Shown in pieces: positions 21,321 to 30,358 of a stretch of DNA of 64,000 nt. The notes under the pieces were generated by a model that did not search any database, was not told the origin of the DNA, and saw only the letters and a program-made list of their open reading frames with translations. This DNA comes from an uncultured Caulobacterales bacterium (GTDB taxonomy: Bacteria; Pseudomonadota; Alphaproteobacteria; Caulobacterales; Maricaulaceae), in assembly GCA_938001915.1 (NCBI GenBank), contig CALLBD010000006.1:7963-71962 (forward strand), written 5' to 3'. The translations under genes and the position numbers were made by a program. Numbering within the stretch: position 1 is the stretch's first letter; each line of letters opens with the position of its first letter.

Positions 21321-21980
21321 CTAGTTGCTGGGCTTAAATAAGCTCTCGAGCGTATGTTCAACTTTTGGCGCGTCAGCCGCCGGTTCCGGCGTGGGGAGCG
21401 GCGCAAGTGTTTCGCCGCCGCCTTCTGCGTCTAATTTGGCTTGTTCTTTTGCGCGCTTCTCTGCGGCTTTGGCGACAAACCCATCGAGTTCAATTTGTGA
21501 GCAGAGGCCGAGGCTGACCGGGTCTGTTGGATTGATTGTATTAATCTTCCAATGGGTCCGCTCGCGAATGGCTTTAATTGTGGGCTTTGTTGTCCCGATG
21601 AGCTTTGAAATTTGCGCATCCGTGATTTCAGGATGATTGCGAACGAGCCAAGCAATCGCATCGGGCCGGTCTTGACGGCGGGAAAGCGGCGTGTAGCGCG
21701 GACCCTTTTTCTTTGTTTTTGGCTGTAGCTTATCGGAGTCAAAACTATTGGCCTTCATCGCGTAATTCGGGTTGCTTTCCGCCTTTTCAATTTCTTCGCG
21801 AGACACTTGCCCATTTGCAATCGGGTCTGCGCCGCGAATCCCCGCCGCAACGTCGCCGTCAGCGATGCCTTCAACTTCTAGAATATGCAGACCGCAAAAT
21901 TCAGAGATCTGCTTGAATGTCATGGCTGTGTTGTCAATCAACCAGACGGCGGTTGCCATTGGCATAAGAATTTGTGTCAT
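21321..21980 (-). CDS. trcR: DUF1013 family cell-cycle transcription regulator
   Basis: LMPMATAVWLIDNT, KGPRYTPLSRRQDRPDAIAWL, DPVSLGLCSQ. Confidence 0.9.
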   Translation of the reverse strand: MTQILMPMATAVWLIDNTAMTFKQISEFCGLHILEVEGIADGDVAAGIRGADPIANGQVSREEIEKAESNPNYAMKANSFDSDKLQPKTKKKGPRYTPLSRRQDRPDAIAWLVRNHPEITDAQISKLIGTTKPTIKAIRERTHWKINTINPTDPVSLGLCSQIELDGFVAKAAEKRAKEQAKLDAEGGGETLAPLPTPEPAADAPKVEHTLESLFKPSN

Positions 21981-22028
21981 CTCTTGTCTCCCCAGTGGAA
22001 GGCCTGTTTCTTGCAAAAATCAGGCATG

Positions 22029-22050
22029 AAAAAACCCCGCTCGGCGGGGT
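22029..22050 (-). terminator. intrinsic terminator located upstream of trcR
   Basis: Minus strand ACCCCGC-CGA-GCGGGGTTTTTT. Confidence 0.7.
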
Positions 22051-22158
22051 GGATTTACTGATTTTTGACTATGTAATCATCAATCAGTAAGCTGCTCATA
22101 ATAGATTAATGTGCCTTTGGCAATAGGTACGCCCACGCAACTGAAAAGAGATGCCCCC

Positions 22159-22359
22159 ATGTCTATCTTTGGTGATGATTTACCGCAATCACGGGAAACG
22201 GCTCCCTGTCCCGGTGAAGACCTCTATGGTCTGTCTGTCTCAGAATTGGACGAACGTATTGCGTTATATCAAGCGGAAATCTCTCGGTTGGAAGCAGAAC
22301 GCGTAAAAAAGCAGGCTGAAACAGACGCAGCCCACGCGATATTTGGTAAAACACCCTAA
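22159..22359 (+). CDS. DUF1192 family protein
   Basis: GEDLYGLSVSELDERIALYQAEISRLEA...AHAIF. Confidence 0.88.
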   Translation: MSIFGDDLPQSRETAPCPGEDLYGLSVSELDERIALYQAEISRLEAERVKKQAETDAAHAIFGKTP

Positions 22360-22475
22360 GTTTCCATTATTTAGACCTATTTTCGCCGCGCTGGAATGGC
22401 GCTTGCAAAACTCCCTGCGAACCACGTCTTGCAAATTGCTGCGATACGCCACAAACAGTATAAGAGAGAACTATA

Positions 22476-23036
22476 ATGACGGCTGTTTCGCCCTTGGATA
22501 AAACAAAAGCAACTTCGCTGACTGATACGTTGACGCCGCAGGCTGAAGCGCGTTTGCTCGCCTTTACGAAATCAGAGCTGTTCTCAAAGACCTTCCGGGA
22601 GGGAATGGACCTTGTTGAAGAGACGGCCGCCTATTTAGACGGTCCTGGGCGGCAAGATTCGAAAAAGCTAGAGCGGACGGATGCGCTGACTTATGCCAGC
22701 CAGTCCATGCGCCTGACAACACGGCTCATGCAGGTCGCGAGCTGGCTGCTCGTACAGCGCGCCCTGAAAGAGGAAGAGATGACGTTGTCTGACGCGCGCG
22801 CGGATAAATATCGTCTTGTTCCTGAAGAAAAAGCGGAAGGCGCGTTGAGTTTTTCGGATATTGCGAAGGATGCTTATGCCTTACCAGCGCGCCTGCTCGA
22901 TTTAATGGCGCGCTCCGAACAGCTTTATGAGCGCATTATGCGTCTTGACCGCTCGCTTTATGGCACTATTGCGGCCCAAAAAGGCAATACGGTTGCCGAT
23001 CAAATCAATCGCCTAGAGGCGGCGTTTAAGCGTTAA
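22476..23036 (+). CDS. rcdA: regulator of CtrA degradation (DUF1465)
   Basis: FREGMDLVEETAAYLDGPGR, SMRLTTRLMQVASWLL. Confidence 0.93.
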   Translation: MTAVSPLDKTKATSLTDTLTPQAEARLLAFTKSELFSKTFREGMDLVEETAAYLDGPGRQDSKKLERTDALTYASQSMRLTTRLMQVASWLLVQRALKEEEMTLSDARADKYRLVPEEKAEGALSFSDIAKDAYALPARLLDLMARSEQLYERIMRLDRSLYGTIAAQKGNTVADQINRLEAAFKR

Positions 23037-23061
23037 GTCGTTTTCTAAAGTTTTACCTAAT

Positions 23062-23090
23062 AAAAAAGGCTCCTTTAACGGAGCCTTTTT
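23062..23090. terminator. bidirectional intrinsic terminator
   Basis: AAAAAAGGCTCC-TTTAAC-GGAGCCTTTTT. Confidence 0.85.
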
Positions 23091-23113
23091 CATATTTGGT
23101 CTTTGCGGGCGTA

Positions 23114-23335
23114 TTACACGCCGAAACCTGCAAACTTATCTTTAAAGCGTGACACGCGTCCACCGCGGTCCATAAGCTTGGCGTCGCCGCCTGTCCAAGC
23201 AGGATGTGTTTTAGAATCAATATCGAGGACGAGCGTATCGCCTTCTTTGCCCCATGTAGAGCGTGTTTCGTAAGTTGAGCCGTCAACCATTTTGACGGTA
23301 ATCATGTGGTAATCTGGGTGTATATCGGATTTCAT
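23114..23335 (-). CDS. rpmE: 50S ribosomal protein L31 (Cys-free form)
   Basis: [10 protein letters not shown]...HPAWTGG...[10 protein letters not shown]. Confidence 0.97.
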   Translation of the reverse strand: MKSDIHPDYHMITVKMVDGSTYETRSTWGKEGDTLVLDIDSKTHPAWTGGDAKLMDRGGRVSRFKDKFAGFGV

Positions 23336-23422
23336 GTCCATAAGCCTTTTGTCTGGTCACGGGGTTGCGTTGAAAGGTCTCCCGCTCGCGAGCGCGCCGT
23401 ATAGAGCGGGCTATGGATTTGG

Positions 23423-23881
23423 TCAAGCGTTGGGCGACAGATCCGTCATATAGGCGCTGAAATGTTTAACCGCGTCTGTAAATTCTGCACTTGAAGCCCC
23501 GTTTAAGACTTTGGTGTTTAGGGTGTCGGCAAGTTTTACGCTAATCAGCGCATAGCGCTGCGCGCCGAGCTTCGTCATGTGAAGCGCGCCGATACGTTTA
23601 TCTGCTTGGCTGGATGTGCGCTCTATAAGTCCGTTTTTAATAAGGCTCGCGACGGCGCGGCTGACAATCGTTTTATCCATAGGGGTCACGGCTGTAACTT
23701 CGGCGGCGGACCGTCCCGGCCTATCGGCCACCGCCGCGAGGACCCGCCATTGGCTCTGGTTTAGGTCGGCCTCTGTACGTACGACCTCTAGCGTATAGCG
23801 GCTAACTTTATCGGCGAGAACGACGACTTGATAGGCCCAGAAATTATCGAGGCTGATTGGGCTGGGGCTAGATTTTTCCAT
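23423..23881 (-). CDS. MarR family regulator divergent from hppD
   Basis: QWRVLA..., MDKTIVSRAVASL, DKR wing. Confidence 0.9.
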   Translation of the reverse strand: MEKSSPSPISLDNFWAYQVVVLADKVSRYTLEVVRTEADLNQSQWRVLAAVADRPGRSAAEVTAVTPMDKTIVSRAVASLIKNGLIERTSSQADKRIGALHMTKLGAQRYALISVKLADTLNTKVLNGASSAEFTDAVKHFSAYMTDLSPNA

Positions 23882-23903
23882 ATTAAAGTTAGTAAAGAAA
23901 AAG

Positions 23904-23943
23904 GTTGCAAATGCAACAATATATTGATAGTTGCAAATGCAAC
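23904..23943. promoter_or_regulatory. two identical palindromic operators (probable MarR sites)
   Basis: GTTGCAAATGCAAC at 23904-23917 and 23930-23943. Confidence 0.8.
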
Positions 23944-23973
23944 AAACTTTGCAAAGCTTCGGAGTGCCCCCCA

Positions 23974-25077
23974 ATGGCCGACCTATTTGAAAATCCTGCT
24001 GGCTTAGACGGGTTCGAATTTATCGAATTTTCTGCCCCCGAAAAAGGCGTGCTTGAGCCAGTTTTCGAAATGATGGGGTTTTCAAAAATCGCGCGGCATA
24101 GGTCAAAAGACGTCGAGCTATGGCGTCAGGGGGGTATCAACCTCATCACAAATTATGAACCCAACACACCTGCTTGGTATTTCTCACGGGAACATGGCCC
24201 CAGCGCTTGCGGCATGGGCTTCCGTGTCAAAGACGCCGTCAAAGCCTATGACCATCTTCTGAAACAAGGCGCGGAACCCGTGGAACTCGCACCAGGTCTT
24301 ATGGAGCTCAACATTCCGGGCATACGCGGAATTGGCAACTCGATTATATATTTGATTGACCGCTATGAAACGGGCGATGAAGCCAGCGGCCTGTCCATTT
24401 ATGATATTGATTTCGAATATTTGGAGGGCGTAGACCGTAACCCTGTTGGATGCGGTTTTGAGCTTATCGACCATCTCACCCATAATGTATATGGCGGACG
24501 CATGGCCTACTGGGCAGATTTTTATGAAAAGCTCTTCAATTTCCAAGAAATTCGCTATTTCGACATAAAGGGCGAATATACAGGACTGACGTCCAAAGCG
24601 CTGACCGCGCCGGACGGGAAAATCCGCATTCCGCTCAATGAAGAAGGCAAAAGCGGCGGCGGTCAAATTGAAGAATTTCTGCGCGAATATAATGGCGAGG
24701 GAATCCAGCACATCGCGCTTATCTGTGATGACCTCGTGGCCTGTTGGGATAAGCTGAAAGACAGAGGCGTGCCTTTTATGACCGCGCCGCCCAGGACTTA
24801 TTATGATATGCTGTCCGGTCGTTTGCCCAATCATGGGCAAGACGAGACTGCGCTCAAGTCTCGCGGCATCTTATTGGACGGTACAACAGAAGGGGGGCGG
24901 CCGCGCCTCTTGCTGCAAATTTTCGCGCAGCCGCAAGTTGGCCCCGTTTTCTTTGAATTCATTCAACGCGTTGGCGATTACAAAGACGGCTTTGGCGAAG
25001 GGAACTTTAAGGCGCTCTTTGAGTCTATAGAGAGAGACCAAATTGAACGCGGTGTATTGGAGACGGAGGACGCATGA
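23974..25077 (+). CDS. hppD: 4-hydroxyphenylpyruvate dioxygenase
   Basis: [42 protein letters not shown]. Confidence 0.97.
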   Translation: MADLFENPAGLDGFEFIEFSAPEKGVLEPVFEMMGFSKIARHRSKDVELWRQGGINLITNYEPNTPAWYFSREHGPSACGMGFRVKDAVKAYDHLLKQGAEPVELAPGLMELNIPGIRGIGNSIIYLIDRYETGDEASGLSIYDIDFEYLEGVDRNPVGCGFELIDHLTHNVYGGRMAYWADFYEKLFNFQEIRYFDIKGEYTGLTSKALTAPDGKIRIPLNEEGKSGGGQIEEFLREYNGEGIQHIALICDDLVACWDKLKDRGVPFMTAPPRTYYDMLSGRLPNHGQDETALKSRGILLDGTTEGGRPRLLLQIFAQPQVGPVFFEFIQRVGDYKDGFGEGNFKALFESIERDQIERGVLETEDA

Positions 25078-25619
25078 GTATCAAAACTGACGGATTTCAT
25101 CATGTGGCCTATCGCTGCCGTGATGCCAAAGAGACGGTGGAGTTTTACCAAACCCACCTGAATATGGATTTCCAACTCGCCATTGCCGAGGATCATGTCC
25201 CCAGCACAGGGGCCTATGACCCCTATATGCATATTTTTTTGGATGCAGGAAATAATAATGTTCTCGCCTTTTTTGAACTCCCAGAGCAGCCTGATATGGG
25301 CCGCGATGAAAACACCCCAATTTGGGTGCAGCACATCGCGATGCGCGTCGGGAGTCTTGATGAATTATTGGCGGCCAAGAAAAGCCTCAAGGCTGCGGGT
25401 ATTCCCGTGATTGGCCCAACGCATCATGGAATTTTCAAATCGATTTATTTCTTTGATCCAAATGGACATCGTTTGGAACTTGCGGCCGATATTCATACAG
25501 AAGAGCAGATGAAACAGCTCAAAGAAGTTGCCCCAGATATGCTCGCGGAATGGGCCGAGACCAAAAAAGCGCCGCGCCATGCCGCATGGCTGCATGAAAA
25601 AATTAGGAATGAGAGTTGA
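25074..25619 (+). CDS. VOC/glyoxalase family protein
   Basis: [20 protein letters not shown]; ATGA overlap with hppD. Confidence 0.9.
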   Translation: MSIKTDGFHHVAYRCRDAKETVEFYQTHLNMDFQLAIAEDHVPSTGAYDPYMHIFLDAGNNNVLAFFELPEQPDMGRDENTPIWVQHIAMRVGSLDELLAAKKSLKAAGIPVIGPTHHGIFKSIYFFDPNGHRLELAADIHTEEQMKQLKEVAPDMLAEWAETKKAPRHAAWLHEKIRNES

Positions 25620-25623
25620 TTAA

Positions 25624-26061
25624 ATGTCAAATGAGAGAGACAATATTCATTCAGCTTCGAATCTCTACCGAACTTTGGCATCCAAGCATGAATTAAGTTT
25701 CTCGGAAAAACTAAATGCTGATGGAGATGTCTTTTTCGTTTTCCCTAAACAAGCTAATTTGATGTTCGATATGACTCTTGGCTTACAAAATGGGGATGAA
25801 GCCAATATAGGGATAAATGACTTTTGGAGCTACATATTTCCATATCAAGATAGTGTAAGGTTCTTACAAGAGACTATTGAGGGGCTTGTGAAAGGAACTC
25901 ATTATCTTGCCGAATATCGGCAATTCAATCGAGTCACTAAACTCTGTCTCCAAAACAGCTGTGATGAAATTATTTATACTGATATCAAAAGAATGAAATT
26001 CCCATTTTTTGCACAAAGAATAACTAATATTACTTCGAATAAAAAAAGAGCTAAGCTATGA
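25624..26061 (+). CDS. hypothetical AT-rich protein inserted in operon
   Basis: Fills the gap exactly and overlaps the next ATG; visibly lower GC than flanks. Confidence 0.7.
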   Translation: MSNERDNIHSASNLYRTLASKHELSFSEKLNADGDVFFVFPKQANLMFDMTLGLQNGDEANIGINDFWSYIFPYQDSVRFLQETIEGLVKGTHYLAEYRQFNRVTKLCLQNSCDEIIYTDIKRMKFPFFAQRITNITSNKKRAKL

Positions 26062-27077
26062 AACTCGCCTCTCTAAAACATGGCCGTGATGGCTCTTTGA
26101 TTATTGTCTCGCGTGACCTCACACAGGCGACCAATGCCGCCGATATAGCGCCGACGCTGCAAGCGGCTTTGGACGAATGGGACGTCCTCGCACCGCAACT
26201 GGCCGCGCGCTATGAGCTGCTTAATGCGGGTCAGGTTGAAAGTTTTGCTTTCAATCAAGAGGCTTGCGAGTCGCCTTTGCCGCGCGCCTATGCGTGGATG
26301 GATGGGTCTGCCTATCTCAATCATGTCGAGCTTGTCCGTAAAGCCCGCGGCGCTGAAGTCCCAGAGAGCTTTTATTCTGACCCGCTGATGTATCAGGGCG
26401 GTTCTGACACGTTCATCGGGCCACGTGACGCGATTATCGCCAGCGACGAAGCCTATGGTATCGATATGGAAGCCGAGATTACGGTTATCACAGATGATGT
26501 GCCGATGGGCGTCTCTGCCGAAGATGCGCTGAGCCACATCAAACTTATCATGCTCGTCAATGATGTGAGTTTGCGGGGACTCATTCCAAATGAGCTGCGC
26601 AAGGGCTTTGGTTTTGTGCAGGGCAAGGCATCCTCCGCCTTTTCCCCCGTTGCTGTCACGCCAGATGAGCTTGGGAGCGTGTGGGACAATGGCACAATCG
26701 ATTTGCCCCTGCTTGTGGATTACAATGGCAAGCCGTTTGGCAAAGCTAATGCCAAAACCGATATGACCTTCCATATGGGCGAGCTTGTGGCCCATGCGGC
26801 CAGGACGCGGGACCTTTGCGCGGGCGCGATTATTGGCTCAGGTACGGTCTCTAATAAGTTTGAAGGCGGTGAGGGCAAAAAGATTGAAGATGGCGGCGTC
26901 GGCTATAGCTGTATTGCTGAAATCCGTATGATCGAAAAAATTCAAACGGGCGAGTTCATTACACCCTTCATGCGCTTTGGGGATACGGTCGGCATTGAAA
27001 TGAAAGACGCCGATGGCAAGTCTATTTTTGGCCGCATTGAAAATGCCGTCGAAAAATATGACGGGCCAGAGGCCTAA
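26058..27077 (+). CDS. fahA: fumarylacetoacetate hydrolase family protein
   Basis: PLPRAYAWMDGSAY, DPLMYQGGSD, NDVSLR, GSGTVSN; context. Confidence 0.85.
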   Translation: MKLASLKHGRDGSLIIVSRDLTQATNAADIAPTLQAALDEWDVLAPQLAARYELLNAGQVESFAFNQEACESPLPRAYAWMDGSAYLNHVELVRKARGAEVPESFYSDPLMYQGGSDTFIGPRDAIIASDEAYGIDMEAEITVITDDVPMGVSAEDALSHIKLIMLVNDVSLRGLIPNELRKGFGFVQGKASSAFSPVAVTPDELGSVWDNGTIDLPLLVDYNGKPFGKANAKTDMTFHMGELVAHAARTRDLCAGAIIGSGTVSNKFEGGEGKKIEDGGVGYSCIAEIRMIEKIQTGEFITPFMRFGDTVGIEMKDADGKSIFGRIENAVEKYDGPEA

Positions 27078-27093
27078 GGCGGGTCCCTAAATT

Positions 27094-27738
27094 ATGATGA
27101 CCCTGTATGGATATTGGCGCTCTTCTGCGAGTTACCGCGTGCGCATTGGTTTGGCCCTCAAGGGCATTGCCGTGTCGCATGTCCCCGTCAACTTGCGTGA
27201 CGGGTCTCAAAAGCAGGCCGATCATCTTGCCAGAAATCCGCAGGGCTACGTCCCCGTTCTGGAGCTTGCGGATGGCACGCAGCTCACGCAATCTTTGGCG
27301 ATTTTAGACTATTTGGATGGCGTCTATCGAGAGCCTGCTTTGCTGCCAAAAGAGGCGGTGTTGCGGGCTAGAGTCAAAGCCGCCGCACTGATGATTGCTG
27401 CCGATATTTCGCCTATCCAGAACCTCTCCGTATTAAAATTTATCCGCGCGGAGCATGGGCAGGAGGATGCCGGCGTGACCCAATGGGCGGCTCATTGGAT
27501 TGTGCAGGGTTTTGAGGCGTTAGAGGCTCTGGCGGAGACTTCAGATACAGACTATCTGCTTACAGATACGCCTAGCCTTTTTGAATGTTGTCTTGTGCCG
27601 CAAGTCTATAATGCGCGGCGCTTTGGCGTGGATATGGCTACTTTTTCTCGATTGTCAGAAATCGATGCGCGTTGCCGCGCGCTGCCCGCTTTTCAGAAAG
27701 CCGCGCCCGAAAACCAAGCTGACGCGATAAAGGCCTAG
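27094..27738 (+). CDS. maiA: maleylacetoacetate isomerase (zeta GST)
   Basis: YWRSSASYRVRI, NPQGYVP, LVPQVYNARRF. Confidence 0.95.
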   Translation: MMTLYGYWRSSASYRVRIGLALKGIAVSHVPVNLRDGSQKQADHLARNPQGYVPVLELADGTQLTQSLAILDYLDGVYREPALLPKEAVLRARVKAAALMIAADISPIQNLSVLKFIRAEHGQEDAGVTQWAAHWIVQGFEALEALAETSDTDYLLTDTPSLFECCLVPQVYNARRFGVDMATFSRLSEIDARCRALPAFQKAAPENQADAIKA

Positions 27739-27754
27739 ATTGAGACCTAGAGGG

Positions 27755-28798
27755 TCAGTCCTTCAAACTCTCCATATCTATCACAAAACGATAGCGCACA
27801 TCCGCCGCCATCACGCGCTCCCACGCGCGGTTGATGTCTTGCATATTTATTATTTCAATGTCTGAGACGATATTATGTCTCGAGGCGAATTCGAGCATCT
27901 CCTGTGTTTCGGCAATACCGCCAATGGCGGAACCAACAAGGCGCTTCCGTCCGCCAATCAGCGAGCCAGAATGTAGCCCTTGAAACGGTTCAATCGCGCC
28001 GACAATCGCCATCGTGCCATTGCGGGCCAGCAGGCGTAAATAGGCGTCTAAACTATGCGGTACAGGCACGGTATTAAGCAGAAAATCAAAGCGTCCGCGC
28101 GCAGATTTAAATGCTTCTTTATCTGTAGTGATAAGCGTATCCGCGCCAAGGGCGCGCGCATCCTCTTCTTTGCCAGGTGAGCGGCTGAGTACTGTGACCT
28201 CGGCCCCAAGGGCTTTCGCGAATTTCACTCCTAAATGCCCCAGCCCGCCAAGACCAATCACCCCGACTTTATGGCCTTTGCCGATATTAAAATGTTTGAG
28301 CGGAGAATAGGTCGTGATGCCCGCACAAAGCAGCGGCGGGACGGCCTTTAGATCTAAATTATCTGGGATGTGTAAAACAAACTCTTCGCGCACAGTAATG
28401 GCTTGGGAATATCCGCCATGCGTGTGGCCGCCCGACACCTTATCAGGGCTGCCATAGGTCATGGTTGCGCGGCTATGGCAATGTTGTTCATCGCCCTCCG
28501 TGCAGGCTTCGCAGTTCAGGCAGCTATCAACCATACAGCCGACCCCGACGATATCACCAGTTTTGAATTTCGTGACAGCCCCGCCAACCTCAACCACTTT
28601 TCCGACAATCTCATGTCCGGGGATGACAGGATATACGGCGTTTTTCCAATCATTATGAGCTGTGTGGATGTCGCTATGGCAGACCCCGCAATAGGTGATG
28701 TCGATTTTCACATCATTGTCGCGCGGCGCGCGGCGTTCAATCTCCATGGGAATTAACGGGGCCGCCGAATCTGCCGCGCCATAAGCTTTGACTGACAT
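27755..28798 (-). CDS. Zn-dependent NADP alcohol dehydrogenase (YahK/CAD type)
   Basis: GVCHSD, PGHEIVG, Cys4 structural site, GLGGLG. Confidence 0.93.
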   Translation of the reverse strand: MSVKAYGAADSAAPLIPMEIERRAPRDNDVKIDITYCGVCHSDIHTAHNDWKNAVYPVIPGHEIVGKVVEVGGAVTKFKTGDIVGVGCMVDSCLNCEACTEGDEQHCHSRATMTYGSPDKVSGGHTHGGYSQAITVREEFVLHIPDNLDLKAVPPLLCAGITTYSPLKHFNIGKGHKVGVIGLGGLGHLGVKFAKALGAEVTVLSRSPGKEEDARALGADTLITTDKEAFKSARGRFDFLLNTVPVPHSLDAYLRLLARNGTMAIVGAIEPFQGLHSGSLIGGRKRLVGSAIGGIAETQEMLEFASRHNIVSDIEIINMQDINRAWERVMAADVRYRFVIDMESLKD

Positions 28799-28967
28799 AG
28801 TGAACTCTCCGTTTTATTTGGGCGGTTCTTAAGCCTTGGCCCCATTGGGGTTTATGGCCGCGGGGCCGCCATGTCGATGTCTTATCCGATAGACCCCTTA
28901 TACAGCCCTGCATGCCAGCATAAAATTTCGACTATCTTCGCAGACCTATTCGAAGCTAAGCAGCGCT

Positions 28968-30176
28968 ATGGCCTTGGGAGCTTCAGCAGATATAGATGTC
29001 TTAATCGTCGGCGCAGGGATTGGCGGATTGACGCTCGCCCACGCCTTATCGCAGCGCGGAAAAATTGTCCGTGTTTTGGACCGCGCGCCTACGCTTGAAC
29101 GGGTAGGGGCGGGAATTCAAATTCCGCCCAATGCCATGAAAGTTTTAAGGGCACTGGGGCTGGAGAGCGCCGTCACGAAAAACGCCTTTAGGCCGCGCGC
29201 TATAGAAGCGCGTATGGGGCGCTCTGGCCGTTCTGTTTTTGATATCCCCTTGGCGGATGAAGCTGAGAAACGATGGGGCGCGCCTTATCTGCATATTCAC
29301 CGCGCCGATTATATTTCAGCCCTGTCGACATCACTGCCGAAAGACTGTCTGCACTTAAACATGCAGGTGAAATCCTATTCTCAAGATGAGGCTGGTGTGC
29401 GTGTAAACCTGGCGGATGGCAAAAGCCTCAAAGCCAAAATTCTCATCGGGGCTGATGGTATTCGGTCCACTATTCGCGCGCAAATGCTGGGGGCGGATGC
29501 GCCTGAGTTTACAGGCAATATGGCGTGGCGAGCCGTTGTCGCGGCTGACCGGTTAGGAGACCTCGTCCCTGATCCGACTGCCTGCGCTTGGTTCGGCCCA
29601 AACCGGCATGCTGTAACTTACCGTTTGGGAGCGAAGGGGCAGCTCGTAAATTTTGTTGGCGTGGTGGAGCAAGACATCTGGCAGGAAGAGGATTGGTCCC
29701 TGAAAGGCGATAAGGCCAATGCGTTAAAAGATTTCGAAGGCTGGCATCCCGTGATTTGCAATTTGATAGACAAGGCTGATGAAGTGCACCGCTGGGCCTT
29801 ATTTGACAGAGCCCCCTTGGCGCGCTGGGTCAGTAATAAGGTCGCTATCATGGGCGATGCAGCCCATCCTATGCTGCCATTCTTGGCGCAGGGCGCGGCA
29901 ATGGCCGTCGAGGATGCCTGGGTTTTAGCCGAGCTTATTTCGGCGGGGAAGGGTTTGGCCGCCTATCAAGAGCATCGCCAGCCCCGCACAGATAAAGTAC
30001 AAGCCGCCTCACGCGCGAATAGGGGGCTTTTCCATAAAGCGTCCCTGCCAGCACAACTGCTAACCTACGGGCCTATGTGGGCGGCTGGGAAACTTTTACC
30101 GAACCTCGTACATCGCCGTATGGACTGGCTCTATGGCTATGACGCGACAGCGCTATCCCATGAGTCCCTGTCATAG
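28968..30176 (+). CDS. flavin-dependent aromatic hydroxylase (salicylate/3-hydroxybenzoate hydroxylase-like)
   Basis: GAGIGG, GADG, GDAAHPMLPFLAQGAAMAVEDA. Confidence 0.88.
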   Translation: MALGASADIDVLIVGAGIGGLTLAHALSQRGKIVRVLDRAPTLERVGAGIQIPPNAMKVLRALGLESAVTKNAFRPRAIEARMGRSGRSVFDIPLADEAEKRWGAPYLHIHRADYISALSTSLPKDCLHLNMQVKSYSQDEAGVRVNLADGKSLKAKILIGADGIRSTIRAQMLGADAPEFTGNMAWRAVVAADRLGDLVPDPTACAWFGPNRHAVTYRLGAKGQLVNFVGVVEQDIWQEEDWSLKGDKANALKDFEGWHPVICNLIDKADEVHRWALFDRAPLARWVSNKVAIMGDAAHPMLPFLAQGAAMAVEDAWVLAELISAGKGLAAYQEHRQPRTDKVQAASRANRGLFHKASLPAQLLTYGPMWAAGKLLPNLVHRRMDWLYGYDATALSHESLS

Positions 30177-30244
30177 GTCGTGTTAAGCCAGATGCCCATA
30201 ATTCGAGTTTGTTGCGGAATTGTCACAGTTTCAAAAATAGCGAC

Positions 30245-30259
30245 ATTGGTCATACCAAT
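30245..30259. promoter_or_regulatory. FadR/GntR-type operator
   Basis: ATTGGT-CAT-ACCAAT perfect inverted repeat upstream of TTGACA (30286). Confidence 0.75.
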
Positions 30260-30358
30260 TTGTGCGGATTGGTTGATGTGTTCTCTTGACACTGTGTAGT
30301 CCACTGGTTCAATTCAATAGCGTAAGAAAAATTCACTTCTAACACCTGGGGAAATATA

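Noticed and set aside
27755-30176. Zn-ADH and flavin monooxygenase as members of the alginate or tyrosine regulons
   Set aside because: Neither operator motif is visible in their shared promoter (28799-28967); proximity alone is insufficient
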